64,000 bases of DNA, from contig NW_003314344.1 in the NCBI RefSeq assembly GCF_000143415.4, positions 194,336 through 258,335 of the forward strand, given 5' to 3'. Each line of letters begins with the position of its first letter. Within the stretch, counting starts at the first letter, position 1. Below the pieces are notes generated by a model. That model saw only the letters and a list, made by a program, of their open reading frames with translations, made no database searches and was not told where the DNA came from. The translations under genes were made by a program, and so were the position numbers. Below, one piece after another: positions 33,504-45,500 of this stretch. The stretch is from Selaginella moellendorffii (lineage: Eukaryota > Plantae > Lycopodiophyta).

Positions 33504-36500
33504 TGTGAGACACAAAAATCCCTAGGCCCCAAAGTGGAGCCGAAAGGGCGCCACATGGTAGTGGCCGAAGCGAGAGCCAAACGAGCGTAACACGTTTGGA
33601 CCAAAAGCTCCGACTTGAAAAGTCAAGAGAGGGAGTGGAACTCCCAACGAAGCGCTCGAGGAACGAGCACGAAGCGAGCAAAAGGCGAGGCTCCAAAAAG
33701 GGACCCAAAAGGACCAACACATGACGTGGGAGTGTCCGAGATGGACTCGAGTTGGAGTCCGAAGTGGAGTCCGAGATGGACCCGAGTTGGAGTCCGAAGT
33801 GGAGTCCGAGATGGAGTCCGAGATGGAGTCCGAGATGGAGTCCGAAGTGGAGTTCGAGGTGGACCCGAGATGGAACTGAGTTGGAGTCCAAAGTGGAGTC
33901 CGAGATGGACCCGAGATGGAGTCCGAGATGGAGTCCGAGATGGAGTCCGAGGTGGACCCGAGATGGACCCGAAATGGAGTCCGAGATGGACCCGAGATGG
34001 AGTCCGAGGTGGACCCGAGATGGACCCGAAATGGAGTCCGAGATGGAGTCCGAGATGGACCCGAGATGGAGTCCGAGATGGAGTCCGAGATGGACCCGAG
34101 ATGGACCCGAGATGGAGTCCGAGATGGAGTCCGAAGCCGAGACCGAGACCGGGACCGAGACCAGGACCAAGACCGAGACCGAGACCGAGATCGGGACCGA
34201 GACCGAGACCGAGGCCGAGGCCGAGACCGAGCCCGAGTCCGAGTCCGAATCTGAGCCCGAGTCTGAGTCCGAGTCCGAGTCCGAGTCCGAGTCCGAGTCC
34301 GGAGCCTGAGAGGGTGAAAGCCCAAAGCGTTCATCTCCCAGACCCTGGGGGGTTTGGTGAGCTCCAAAAGTATAGTAGGGGGAGGACTGCAGTGGAGCCA
34401 GTTTGGCCAGGAAAGGCCAGTTTGGCCCAGGAAGGCCAGACCCAGTGTTGGGTGATGAACTGACCACTGGGAAGTCCAAGACTAGAGTGAATACGGACCG
34501 ACAAGCGGGGTAGCTGGGTGAAGTGTTCAAGAGCCGGCTCTAGTTCCCCCGGGAGATCGACTGGCCGATGCTCCCAGTCCAAGTGTGGGTGGCACTACCT
34601 ACTTGGATACCAAGCGTGACTCAATGGAACCTCGCTCTAAGCCCATGGCTAGAGCACCTAAAGGCGATAGGTGGGGAGAGTACCCAGGTGGCTCGCGTAA
34701 GGCCACGGTGTTCCGAAATGTTGTCCCAAAGGCCCAGACTGTGGAAAGGAAGAGGAGCAGTCCTCTGGGGTAGTGACCAAAGACACAGTCATGTGGTGAG
34801 GAAGTCCCAGAGGACCGTGGGACTTAGTGGTCGGGCCTGTGGGCCTCGATCCAGTGGCAGTGTTGGCAAACACGGCCAGGGGCAGAAAGGGACTTGGTAG
34901 GAACTGACAAAGGGACTTTGGGGAAGGCAATTCCCCAGGTCTGTGGGCATCCTAAGGATGCTAAGGAGTGGATCTAGGATGACCACTCGTGGACACATGG
35001 CCCAGTCTTGGAGAGACGAGGTGGTGATGCAAGTGGTGTTGAACCACTAGTGCAGCAAAGGTGAATGGGCATGGCCTTAGCGTAACAGGCCGAGATGTCA
35101 GTGGTACCTTTGGGTGTCGGTCTCAGGACCGGACACGTGGAGCACTTGGACCAGGTGCAAGTGTGGAGTGGCATGGATGCCATTCTTGGGGCTAGCAAGT
35201 CCCAAGTCCTGAATTGGACTGATGGAGGTTGTGAATGAGACTCCTCCAAGTGGTCGGAGGTGTGGTTAAGTGACTAAAGTAGAATGGAAAATTTAGTCGC
35301 TTACAACTTGGTATCGGAGCTGTTCCTTAGTCTGACTTTTATTGGTGCTCAAGTATATCACCATTGATGTTGGCATTGGAAGGTCCTAGGATTGGGCCTA
35401 TCCTTGAGGAGTAGCAAGTCGGGAAGACATGGCTCTCCATTACAGTTCATGTGTGAACTTGTAGACGAGGTGGTGGATAGAAAAGGGTCAATAATGGAAC
35501 GACTTTGGGATCTTGGGAACAGTGCAAGGTTTTCCTCATTGAGTTGAGGATGTGATCCGGATGAGCATTTGTCTCAGCAAATTGGCTAAGGTTGTTGTGG
35601 TAAACAACTAAAGTTGGGATCACGGGAAAGATAGAGACTCCAAAACAATAAAGGAGTCACAAGATTATCCTCATATAGTTGAGGTTGGTGCTCATGAATG
35701 TGAGACCAAAGGTAATGACCGTGGAAGGTCAAATACGGAAGAGGACTCAAGTCCTTGAAATGGTAGTCGGGGCTACCTTTAATAAATGCTGGAACAACCC
35801 AAGGAGTTGGGGGGTGTACTTAGAGATGAGTGGTATTCTCATCTCATGGACAAGTAGTCATAAGGAGCAAAAGTTGCCCCCAGAGAACAAAATCAAGTGT
35901 CGGAGTAACACTTGTGAAAATAGTCCTTTTGAGTAGGACAGGAATGCAAGAAGTGTATTCCAGTGAGCTAGTGCCTCACAAGTAAGACCTTACGGGTCTG
36001 TGGATTAACCAAGTCCAAAACTGTTGGATGACTCAAGTAGAGTCAAGGGATGGTCCTAAAAGGACTGATGGAAGCATTTGGACTGAGGTGTGTTGTACCC
36101 CACAAAGGATGGGGGGGGATCATAGGATCCAAGGATGAGAACAGAGGGTATCTCATCGATGGCAAAATGTGCCATGCTAAAGTTATGGGAAAGGTGTTCC
36201 TAAAAGAAAACAACTTTGACATAAAGTTGTGTGTGACCTCTATGGGGCAGTGCTAACGGATGGTTGGCATGAGAAAGAGCGGTGTTGGTCTTGGCAAAGA
36301 CTTAGACACGAAAGGGAAATGTCATAGAGGTAGGCTCGTGGAGCCGATGGTGTGGAGACACCAAATGTGCCAAGGTGTGATACCTTGAGGCTATGTTGGT
36401 GGGTTCATGAGAACCCCTTGCCAAAGGAATCCCAATGGAAATGGGAATGGCATAGCCTAAGCTGCAGAGCATGCAGTTGGAGTGTGGTGACCCAGATAAT

Positions 36501-39500
36501 GATGGAGGTGTGAAAGCACCAAGCAATGAGTTGTAGGACTTGACAACTATGAGGCAACTAAGCAAGAGGTGCAAAATAACTGGTTAAACGGGTAGAAGGT
36601 AGCTACCCAAGACTTCTTAATAGCATAAGGAAGTTGGATATACCCTTACGGGGGATAAGTTGCTTGTGTTGCGATATAGTAAGTCAATGTCATAAAAGGA
36701 AATACTCATTGTCAAGAAAGCCATCATTGGGACACCCGGACACTCTAGAACACCAGAAGGTGGTGTTTGATGTCGCGAGGGCAATGGATAAAGCCCAAGG
36801 GACTAAGTCCCTAGCGAATGATGGATAGAAGGTGCTATCCAAATGTCCAAGGTTGCGGAGACAGGAGAGGACTGTCTACCCGAGTTGGACAAAGCCAAAA
36901 ATGGAATTTTGGCAAGGCTAGTGATGGGCATGTAAAAGCCCATAAGCAACAATGTAATCCCAGTGTGTGGGATTATAAGGTGAGCATACCCGGATTGAGG
37001 AACCACTCCCTAGGCTATTGGGTAGGTTCATCCCTAAGAATACTTGCTAAAGCGTGATAGAAAGTGCAAAGCTATCCTCCTGGTCTGGAGGAGAATGACC
37101 AAAGGAAAGGTGTGAAGCCAAAAAACAAGAAGTAAGGGGATAGAACCAAACCATAGGAATCAAAGGGCATAACCAAGGTTGGTTATGCTAGCTGGGAGTG
37201 GAGAATCAAGTGGGGGCTCGAGGGTGTTGCCGCTAGCAACCGTGATGCCATGGAGAGTCTAAAATATAGAATTGTCCATGTTAGACTATGTGGCATTTTG
37301 AAGGCTTGCAAAAAGGGAGGCGTTAGCAAGCTGAGGGACAGAGTTCCTTCAAGGTTCCCAAAGACGATTCTAGGTAGCTTAGTACCTAGAAAGGCCAAGT
37401 GTAAATGGTTCATGGAACGCGCGAAATCAGAGTGGCGTAGTAGAAGCGTGGTCTTGAAGCTTGCCATGAGGCAAGGCTATCAAGGTTAGGGAAGTAGTTC
37501 CCGAGTGTTCAAAGAGAGGGCTTTGAACGAAAGTCGATGGTCAAGGACTTTCACGCTTATGCAGGAACCATGTTACAGTGGTCAGAGGACTTGCCAAGCG
37601 AGATTGGCATGTCGGGGGAACAAATACCCTAGTTGAAGGTGATAACTTCAAAAAGGGTGGGCCATGGGGCCGAGCATGGAGGAGTCCATGCATGATCACA
37701 GACATGTCAAGTGAGAGGACTTGGCAGTGTGGAGGAACTAGGTTCCTAAGCTGTGATCTGTAGCGCGCTTTAAAAATAAGTTGGTGCACCGGCGTGGGGG
37801 GAGTCACGCCAGGCATCTTGTGTGATGCCGTCCGTAGATGCATATACGGAGGTTGGGTTCGAGTCCCGACCCTCTAGTGCTTGGGTTCGAGTCCCAAATC
37901 ACTAGGGCGTGGTGATGGTTTGGAATATGAGGACACTCATATTTCGGTGGTCATGGACTCTCAGTGGGGAGACTGGTTTGGGCACACCGCCAAGCGAGGG
38001 ATGCCTCGGAGTCGTGATGCACAGTTAGATTGCTTAGTGTGAAAGCTCAGCATATCTAACTTGAACACTTTGGTGCAAGTGGCCCCAAGGTCGTGGTGAG
38101 TGAGATGGGGACACCTAATCTCAGTTGCTATGAACCCTTGGCCGTAAGGGCTAGTTTGGGTGCACCGCCAAGTGTGGGGGATGCCCCCGGGGTTATAGTC
38201 AACAACTTAGAGGTCTAGAAAACCAAGTACCTCTTGGCAACTCTGTTAAGGTGCCAAGGTGAGATCACTAGGTGATCTTATGGCCAGATAAGGACAAGGT
38301 CCTTCGTTGGCTAAGGAATGAAGTTCCTGGTTCAAAATGTTGAAATTGAATTGTTTAAGGTGGTGTGGCTTGGTCGTGATGACCAAGTGGGAAGAGCACC
38401 TAAGGGAAATAAACTATGTCCATGTGATGGCATAGTGAGTCCGAGGAAAGTAGCCTCTATAAAAGACCCATGGGAGGGTCATGAAGTTGGGCCGTGGATA
38501 GAGCCCATAGCAGAAGATGCTAAACAGATGTACTAGGGGTGAACATCCTCCGGACTTGGCAAAGAAGAGTCTTTGCTATGGAACCGAAACAATACCTCAA
38601 GGAGGGAGGTAGAGATTCGATGTTGCTTGGTGCAACAATCAACAAATAGGAGCAAAAGATGAGTGGCCAAGATAGGGCCGTGGAATCCCTTGGAAGGAAT
38701 CCAAGTGACAAAGTTAGGCGAGGAACACTAATGTGTTGGACGCTAACAAGTTGCGGGAAAGGAAGTGTGTTTCCAAGGAGGGATTCCGAAATGCTCCAAT
38801 TTGGCGAAAGTGGAAGCTCCAAGGGAGGGAGCGGTAAGGTAGCCAAATGATAGGGCCATGAACAGCCCTAGCACAAAGTATGCTAACTGGAACTTTGACA
38901 CGAAATAGAAGAGAGGATAATGGTGCCCTCGAGTAGAGAACTTCCTAGGATGGGAAGTGGAGTTGCACAAAAGGTGCAAGGCAAGGTGTCGGAGACACCT
39001 AGGAAATTGACTCCAAGAAGTCAAAATTCAAAGTTCCAAAGTGCAAAGGTTATATCGATGAAAATTGAGATTACTCGAGAAGGAGTAGTGGGATTGACTT
39101 AGAGAAGGGTCTCTAAGAGGTTTAGCGAGAACTAAACCAATAAAAGGAGAGAACCATTACATGTGGTCCAATCAGTCTCTAAGTTGGAGAGACTACGCTC
39201 CTTAAAGGATGGACAAGGCATGGTGAGCCTTTGGTGTCAAACCATAGACAAAGATTGGCTAGGTGCCAAGGATGGAAATGGTAACACGTGTGGGTGTTAC
39301 TTTATGAAAGGGTTTACTGTTCGATGAGGACATCGAACTTCGTCTATGGGTGGTGGAGTTGTGAGACACAAAAATCCCTAGGCCCCAAAGTGGAGCCGGA
39401 AGGGCGCCACATGGTAGTGGCCGAAGCGAGAGCCAAACGAGCGTAACACGTTTGGACCAAAAGCTCCGACTTGAAAAGTCAAGAGAGGGAGTGGAACTCC

Positions 39501-42500
39501 CAACGAAGCGCTCGAGGAACGAGCACGAAGCGAGCAAAAGGCGAGGCTCCAAAAAGGGACCCAAAAGGACCAACATATGACGTGGGAGTGTCCGAGATGG
39601 ACTCGAGTTGGAGTCCGAAGTGGAGTCCGAGATGGACCCGAGTTGGAGTCCGAAGTGGAGTCCGAGATGGACCCGAGATGGAGTCCGAAGTGGAGTCCGA
39701 GGTGGACCCGAGATGGAACTGAGTTGGAGTCCAAAGTGGAGTCCGAGATGGACCCGAGATGGAGTCCGAGATGGAGTCCGAGATGGAGTCCGAGGTGGAC
39801 CCGAGATGGACCCGAAATGGAGTCCGAGATGGACCCGAGATGGAGTCCGAGGTGGACCCGAGATGGACCCGAAATGGAGTCCGAGATGGAGTCCGAGATG
39901 GACCCGAGATGGAGTCCGAGATGGAGTCCGAGATGGACCCGAGATGGACCCGAGATGGAGTCCGAGATGGAGTCCGAGATGGAGTCCGAGATGGAGTCCG
40001 AAGCCGAGACCGAGACCGGGACCGAGACTAGGACCAAGACCGAGACCGAGATCGGGACCGAGACCGAGACCGAGGCCGAGGCCGAGACCGAGCCCGAGCC
40101 CGAGTCCGAGTCCGAATCTGAGCCCGAGTCTGAGTCCGAGTCCGAGTCCGAGTCCGAGTCCGAGTCCGGAGCCTGAGAGGGTGAAAGCCCAAAGCGTTCG
40201 TCTCCCAGACCCTGGGGGGTTTGGTGAGCTCCAAAAGTATAGTAGGGGGAGGACTGCAGTGGAGCCAATTTGGCCAGGAAAGGCCAGTTTGGCCCAGGAA
40301 GGCCAGACCCAGTGTTGGGTGATGAACTGACCACTGGGAAGTCCAAGACTAGAGTGAATACGGACCGACAAGCGGGGTAGCTGGGTGAAGTGTTCAAGAG
40401 CCGGCTCTAGTTCCCCCGGGAGATCGACTGGCCGATGCTCCCAGTCCAAGTGTGGGTGGCACTACCTACTTGGATACCAAGCGTGGCTCAATGGAACCTC
40501 GCTCTAAGCCCATGGCTAGAGCACCTAAAGGCGATAGGTGGGGAGAGTACCCAGGTGGCTTGCGTAAGGCCACGGTGTTCCGAAATATTGTCCCAAAGGC
40601 CCAGACTGTGGAAAGGAAGAGGAGCAGTCCTCTGGGGTAGTGACCAAAGACACAGTCATGTGGTGAGGAAGTCCCAGAGGACCGTGGGACTTAGTGGTCG
40701 GGCCTGTGGGCCTCGATCCAGTGGCAGTGTTGGCAAACACGGCCAGGGGCAGAAAGGGACTTGGTAGGAACTGACAAAGGGACTTTGGGGAAGGCAATTC
40801 CCCAGGTCTGTGGGCATCCTAAGGATGCTAAGGAGTGGATCTAGGATGACCACTCGTGGACACATGGCCCAGTCTTGGAGAGACGAGGTGGTGATGCAAG
40901 TGGTGTTGAACCACTAGTGCAGCAAAGGTGAATGGGCATGGCCTTAGCGTAACAGGCCGAGATGTCAGTGGTACCTTTGGGTGTCGGTCTCAGGACCGGA
41001 CACGTGGAGCACTTGGACCAGGTGCAAGTGTGGAGTGGCATGGATGCCATTCTTGGGGCTAGCAAGTCCCAAGTCCTGAATTGGACTGATGGAGGTTGTG
41101 AATGAGACTCCTCCAAGTGGTCGGAGGTGTGGTTAAGTGACTAAAGTAGAATGGAAAATTTAGTCGCTTACAACTTGGTATCGGAGCTGTTCCTTAGTCT
41201 GACTTTTATTGGTGCTCAAGTATATCACCATTGATGTTGGCATTGGAAGGTCCTAGGATTGGGCCTATCCTTGAGGAGTAGCAAGTCGGGAAGACATGGC
41301 TCTCCATTACAGTTCATGTGTGAACTTGTAGACGAGGTGGTGGATAGAAAAGGGTCAATAATGGAACGACTTTGGGATCTTGGGAACAGTGCAAGGTTTT
41401 CCTCATTGAGTTGAGGATGTGATCCGGATGAGCATTTGTCTCAGCAAATTGGCTAAGGTTGTTGTGGTAAACAACTAAAGTTGGGATCACGGGAAAGATA
41501 GAGACTCCAAAACAATAAAGGAGTCACAAGATTATCCTCATATAGTTGAGGTTGGTGCTCATGAATGTGAGACCAAAGGTAATGACCGTGGAAGGTCAAA
41601 TACGGAAGAGGACTCAAGTCCTTGAAATGGTAGTCGGGGCTACCTTTAATAAATGCTGGAACAACCCAAGGAGTTGGGGGGTGTACTTAGAGATGAGTGG
41701 TATTCTCATCTCATGGACAAGTAGTCATAAGGAGCAAAAGTTGCCTCCAGAGAACAAAATCAAGTGTCGGAGTAACACTTGTGAAAATAGTCCTTTTGAG
41801 TAGGACAGGAATGCAAGAAGTGTATTCCAGTGAGCTAGTGCCTCACAAGTAAGACCTTACGGGTCTGTGGATTAACCAAGTCCAAAACTGTTGGATGACT
41901 CAAGTAGAGTCAAGGGATGGTCCTAAAAGGACTGATGGAAGCATTTGGACTGAGGTGTGTTGTACCCCACAAAGGATGGGGGGGGATCATAGGATCCAAG
42001 GATGAGAACAGAGGGTATCTCATCGATGGCAAAATGTGCCATGCTAAAGTTATGGGAAAGGTGTTCCTAAAAGAAAACAACTTTGACATAAAGTTGTGTG
42101 TGACCTCTATGGGGCAGTGCTAACGGATGGTTGGCATGAGAAAGAGCGGTGTTGGTCTTGGCAAAGACTTAGACACGAAAGGGAAATGTCATAGAGGTAG
42201 GCTCGTGGAGCCGATGGTGTGGAGACACCAAATGTGCCAAGGTGTGATACCTTGAGGCTATGTTGGTGGGTTCATGAGAACCCCTTGCCAAAGGAATCCC
42301 AATGGAAATGGGAATGGCATAGCCTAAGCTGCAGAGCATGCAGTTGGAGTGTGGTGACCCAGATAATGATGGAGGTGTGAAAGCACCAAGCAATGAGTTG
42401 TAGGACTTGACAACTATGAGGCAACTAAGCAAGAGGTGCAAAATAACTGGTTAAACGGGTAGAAGGTAGCTACCCAAGACTTCTTAATAGCATAAGGAAG

Positions 42501-45500
42501 TTGGATATACCCTTACGGGGGATAAGTTGCTTGTGTTGCGATATAGTAAGTCAATGTCATAAAAGGAAATACTCATTGTCAAGAAAGCCATCATTGGGAC
42601 ACCCGGACACTCTAGAACACCAAAAGGTGGTGTTTGATGTCGCGAGGGCAATGGATAAAGCCCAAGGGACTAAGTCCCTAGCGAATGATGGATAGAAGGT
42701 GCTATCCAAATGTCCAAGGTTGCGGAGACAGGAGAGGACTGTCTACCCGAGTTGGACAAAGCCAAAAATGGAATTTTGGCAAGGCTAGTGATGGGCATGT
42801 AAAAGCCCATAAGCAACAATGTAATCCCAGTGTGTGGGATTATAAGGTGAGCATACCCGGATTGAGGAACCACTCCCTAGGCTATTGGGTAGGTTCATCC
42901 CTAAGAATACTTGCTAAAGCGTGATAGAAAGTGCAAAGCTATCCTCCTGGTCTGGAGGAGAATGACCAAAGGAAAGGTGTGAAGCCAAAAAACAAGAAGT
43001 AAGGGGATAGAACCAAACCATAGGAATCAAAGGGCATAACCAAGGTTGGTTATGCTAGCTGGGAGTGGAGAATCAAGTGGGGGCTCGAGGGTGTTGCCGC
43101 TAGCAACCGTGATGCCATGGAGAGTCTAAAATATAGAATTGTCCATGTTAGACTATGTGGCATTTTGAAGGCTTGCAAAAAGGGAGGCGTTAGCAAGCTG
43201 AGGGACAGAGTTCCTTCAAGGTTCCCAAAGACGATTCTAGGTAGCTTAGTACCTAGAAAGGCCAAGTGTAAATGGTTCATGGAACGCGCGAAATCAGAGT
43301 GGCGTAGTAGAAGCGTGGTCTTGAAGCTTGCCATGAGGCAAGGCTATCAAGGTTAGGGAAGTAGTTCCCGAGTGTTCAAAGAGAGGGCTTTGAACGAAAG
43401 TCGATGGTCAAGGACTTTCACGCTTATGCAGGAACCATGTTACAGTGGTCGGAGGACTTGCCAAGCGAGATTGGCATGTCGGGGGAACAAATACCCTAGT
43501 TGAAGGTGATAACTTCAAAAAGGGTGGGCCATGGGGCCGAGCATGGAGGAGTCCATGCATGATCACAGACATGTCAAGTGAGAGAACTTGGCAGTGTGGA
43601 GGAACTAGGTTCCTAAGCTGTGATCTATAGCGCGCTTTAAAAATAAGTTGGTGCACCGGCGTGGGGGGAGTCACGCCAGGCATCTTGTGTGATGCCGTCC
43701 GTAGATGCATATACGGAGGTTGGGTTCGAGTCCCGACCCTCTAGTGCTTGGGTTCGAGTCCCAAATCACTAGGGCGTGGTGATGGTTTGGAATATGAGGA
43801 CACTCATATTTCGGTGGTCATGGACTCTCAGTGGGGAGACTGGTTTGGGCACACCGCCAAGCGAGGGATGCCTCGGAGTCGTGATGCACAGTTAGATTGC
43901 TTAGTGTGAAAGCTCAGCATATCTAACTTGAACACTTTGGTGCAAGTGGCCCCAAGGTCGTGGTGAGTGAGATGGGGACACCTAATCTCAGTTGCTATGA
44001 ACCCTTGGCCGTAAGGGCTAGTTTGGGTGCACCGCCAAGTGTGGGGGATGCCCCTGGGGTTATAGTCAACAACTTAGAGGTCTAGAAAACCAAGTACCTC
44101 TTGGCAACTCTGTTAAGGTGCCAAGGTGAGATCACTAGGTGATCTTATGGCCAGATAAGGACAAGGTCCTTCGTTGGCTAAGGAATGAAGTTCCTGGTTC
44201 AAAATGTTGAAATTGAATTGTTTAAGGTGGTGTGGCTTGGTCGTGATGACCAAGTGGGAAGAGCACCTAAGGGAAATAAACTATGTCCATGTGATGGCAT
44301 AGTGAGTCCGAGGAAAGTAGCCTCTATAAAAGACCCATGGGAGGGTCATGAAGTTGGGCCGTGGATAGAGCCCATAGCAGAAGATGCTAAACAGATGTAC
44401 TAGGGGTGAACATCCTCCGGACTTGGCAAAGAAGAGTCTTTGCTATGGAACCGAAACAATACCTCAAGGAGGGAGGTAGAGATTCGATGTTGCTTGGTGC
44501 AACAATCAACAAATAGGAGCAAAAGATGAGTGGCCAAGATAGGGCCGTGGAATCCCTTGGAAGGAATCCAAGTGACAAAGTTAGGCGAGGAACACTAATG
44601 TGTTGGACGCTAACAAGTTGCGGGAAAGGAAGTGTGTTTCCAAGGAGGGATTCCGAAATGCTCCAATTTGGCGAAAGTGGAAGCTCCAAGGGAGGGAGCG
44701 GTAAGGTAGCCAAATGATAGGGCCATGAACAGCCCTAGCACAAAGTATGCTAACTGGAACTTTGACACGAAATAGAAGAGAGGATAATGGTGCCCTCGAG
44801 TAGAGAACTTCCTAGGATGGGAAGTGGAGTTGCACAAAAGGTGCAAGGCAAGGTGTCGGAGACACCTAGGAAATTGACTCCAAGAAGTCAAAATTCAAAG
44901 TTCCAAAGTGCAAAGGTTATATCGATGAAAATTGAAATTACTCGAGAAGGAGTAGTGGGATTGACTTAGAGAAGGGTCTCTAAGAGGTTTAGCGAGAACT
45001 AAACCAATAAAAGGAGAGAACCATTACATGTGGTCCAATCAGTCTCTAAGTTGGAGAGACTACGCTCCTTAAAGGATGGACAAGGCATGGTGAGCCTTTG
45101 GTGTCAAACCATAGACAAAGATTGGCTAGGTGCCAAGGATGGAAATGGTAACACGTGTGGGTGTTACTTTATGAAAGGGTTTACTGTTCGATGAGGACAT
45201 CGAACTTCGTCTATGGGTGGTGGAGTTGTGAGACACAAAAATCCCTAGGCCCCAAAGTGGAGCCGGAAGGGCGCCACATGGTAGTGGCCGAAGCGAGAGC
45301 CAAACGAGCGTAACACGTTTGGACCAAAAGCTCCGACTTGAAAAGTCAAGAGAGGGAGTGGAACTCCCAACGAAGCGCTCGAGGAACGAGCACGAAGCGA
45401 GCAAAAGGCGAGGCTCCAAAAAGGGACCCAAAAGGACCAACATATGACGTGGGAGTGTCCGAGATGGACTCGAGTTGGAGTCCGAAGTGGAGTCCGAGAT

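Noticed and set aside
33735-34300. Possible CRISPR-like array
   Set aside because: The units are contiguous 6-12-bp repeats with no unique spacers, in a eukaryotic LTR with no cas genes.
33499-34530. Long ORFs (SR/RS-rich, DSDS, WSPR repeats) on both strands here and at 39.3-40.4 kb and 45.1-46.3 kb
   Set aside because: They arise from the stop-poor LTR minisatellite, and their frames shift between the three LTR copies, so they are not conserved proteins.
37851-37905. Possible tRNA gene or SINE
   Set aside because: Only T-arm-like hairpins are present; I could not build an acceptor stem, D-arm/A-box or anticodon arm. Kept as a structural finding instead.
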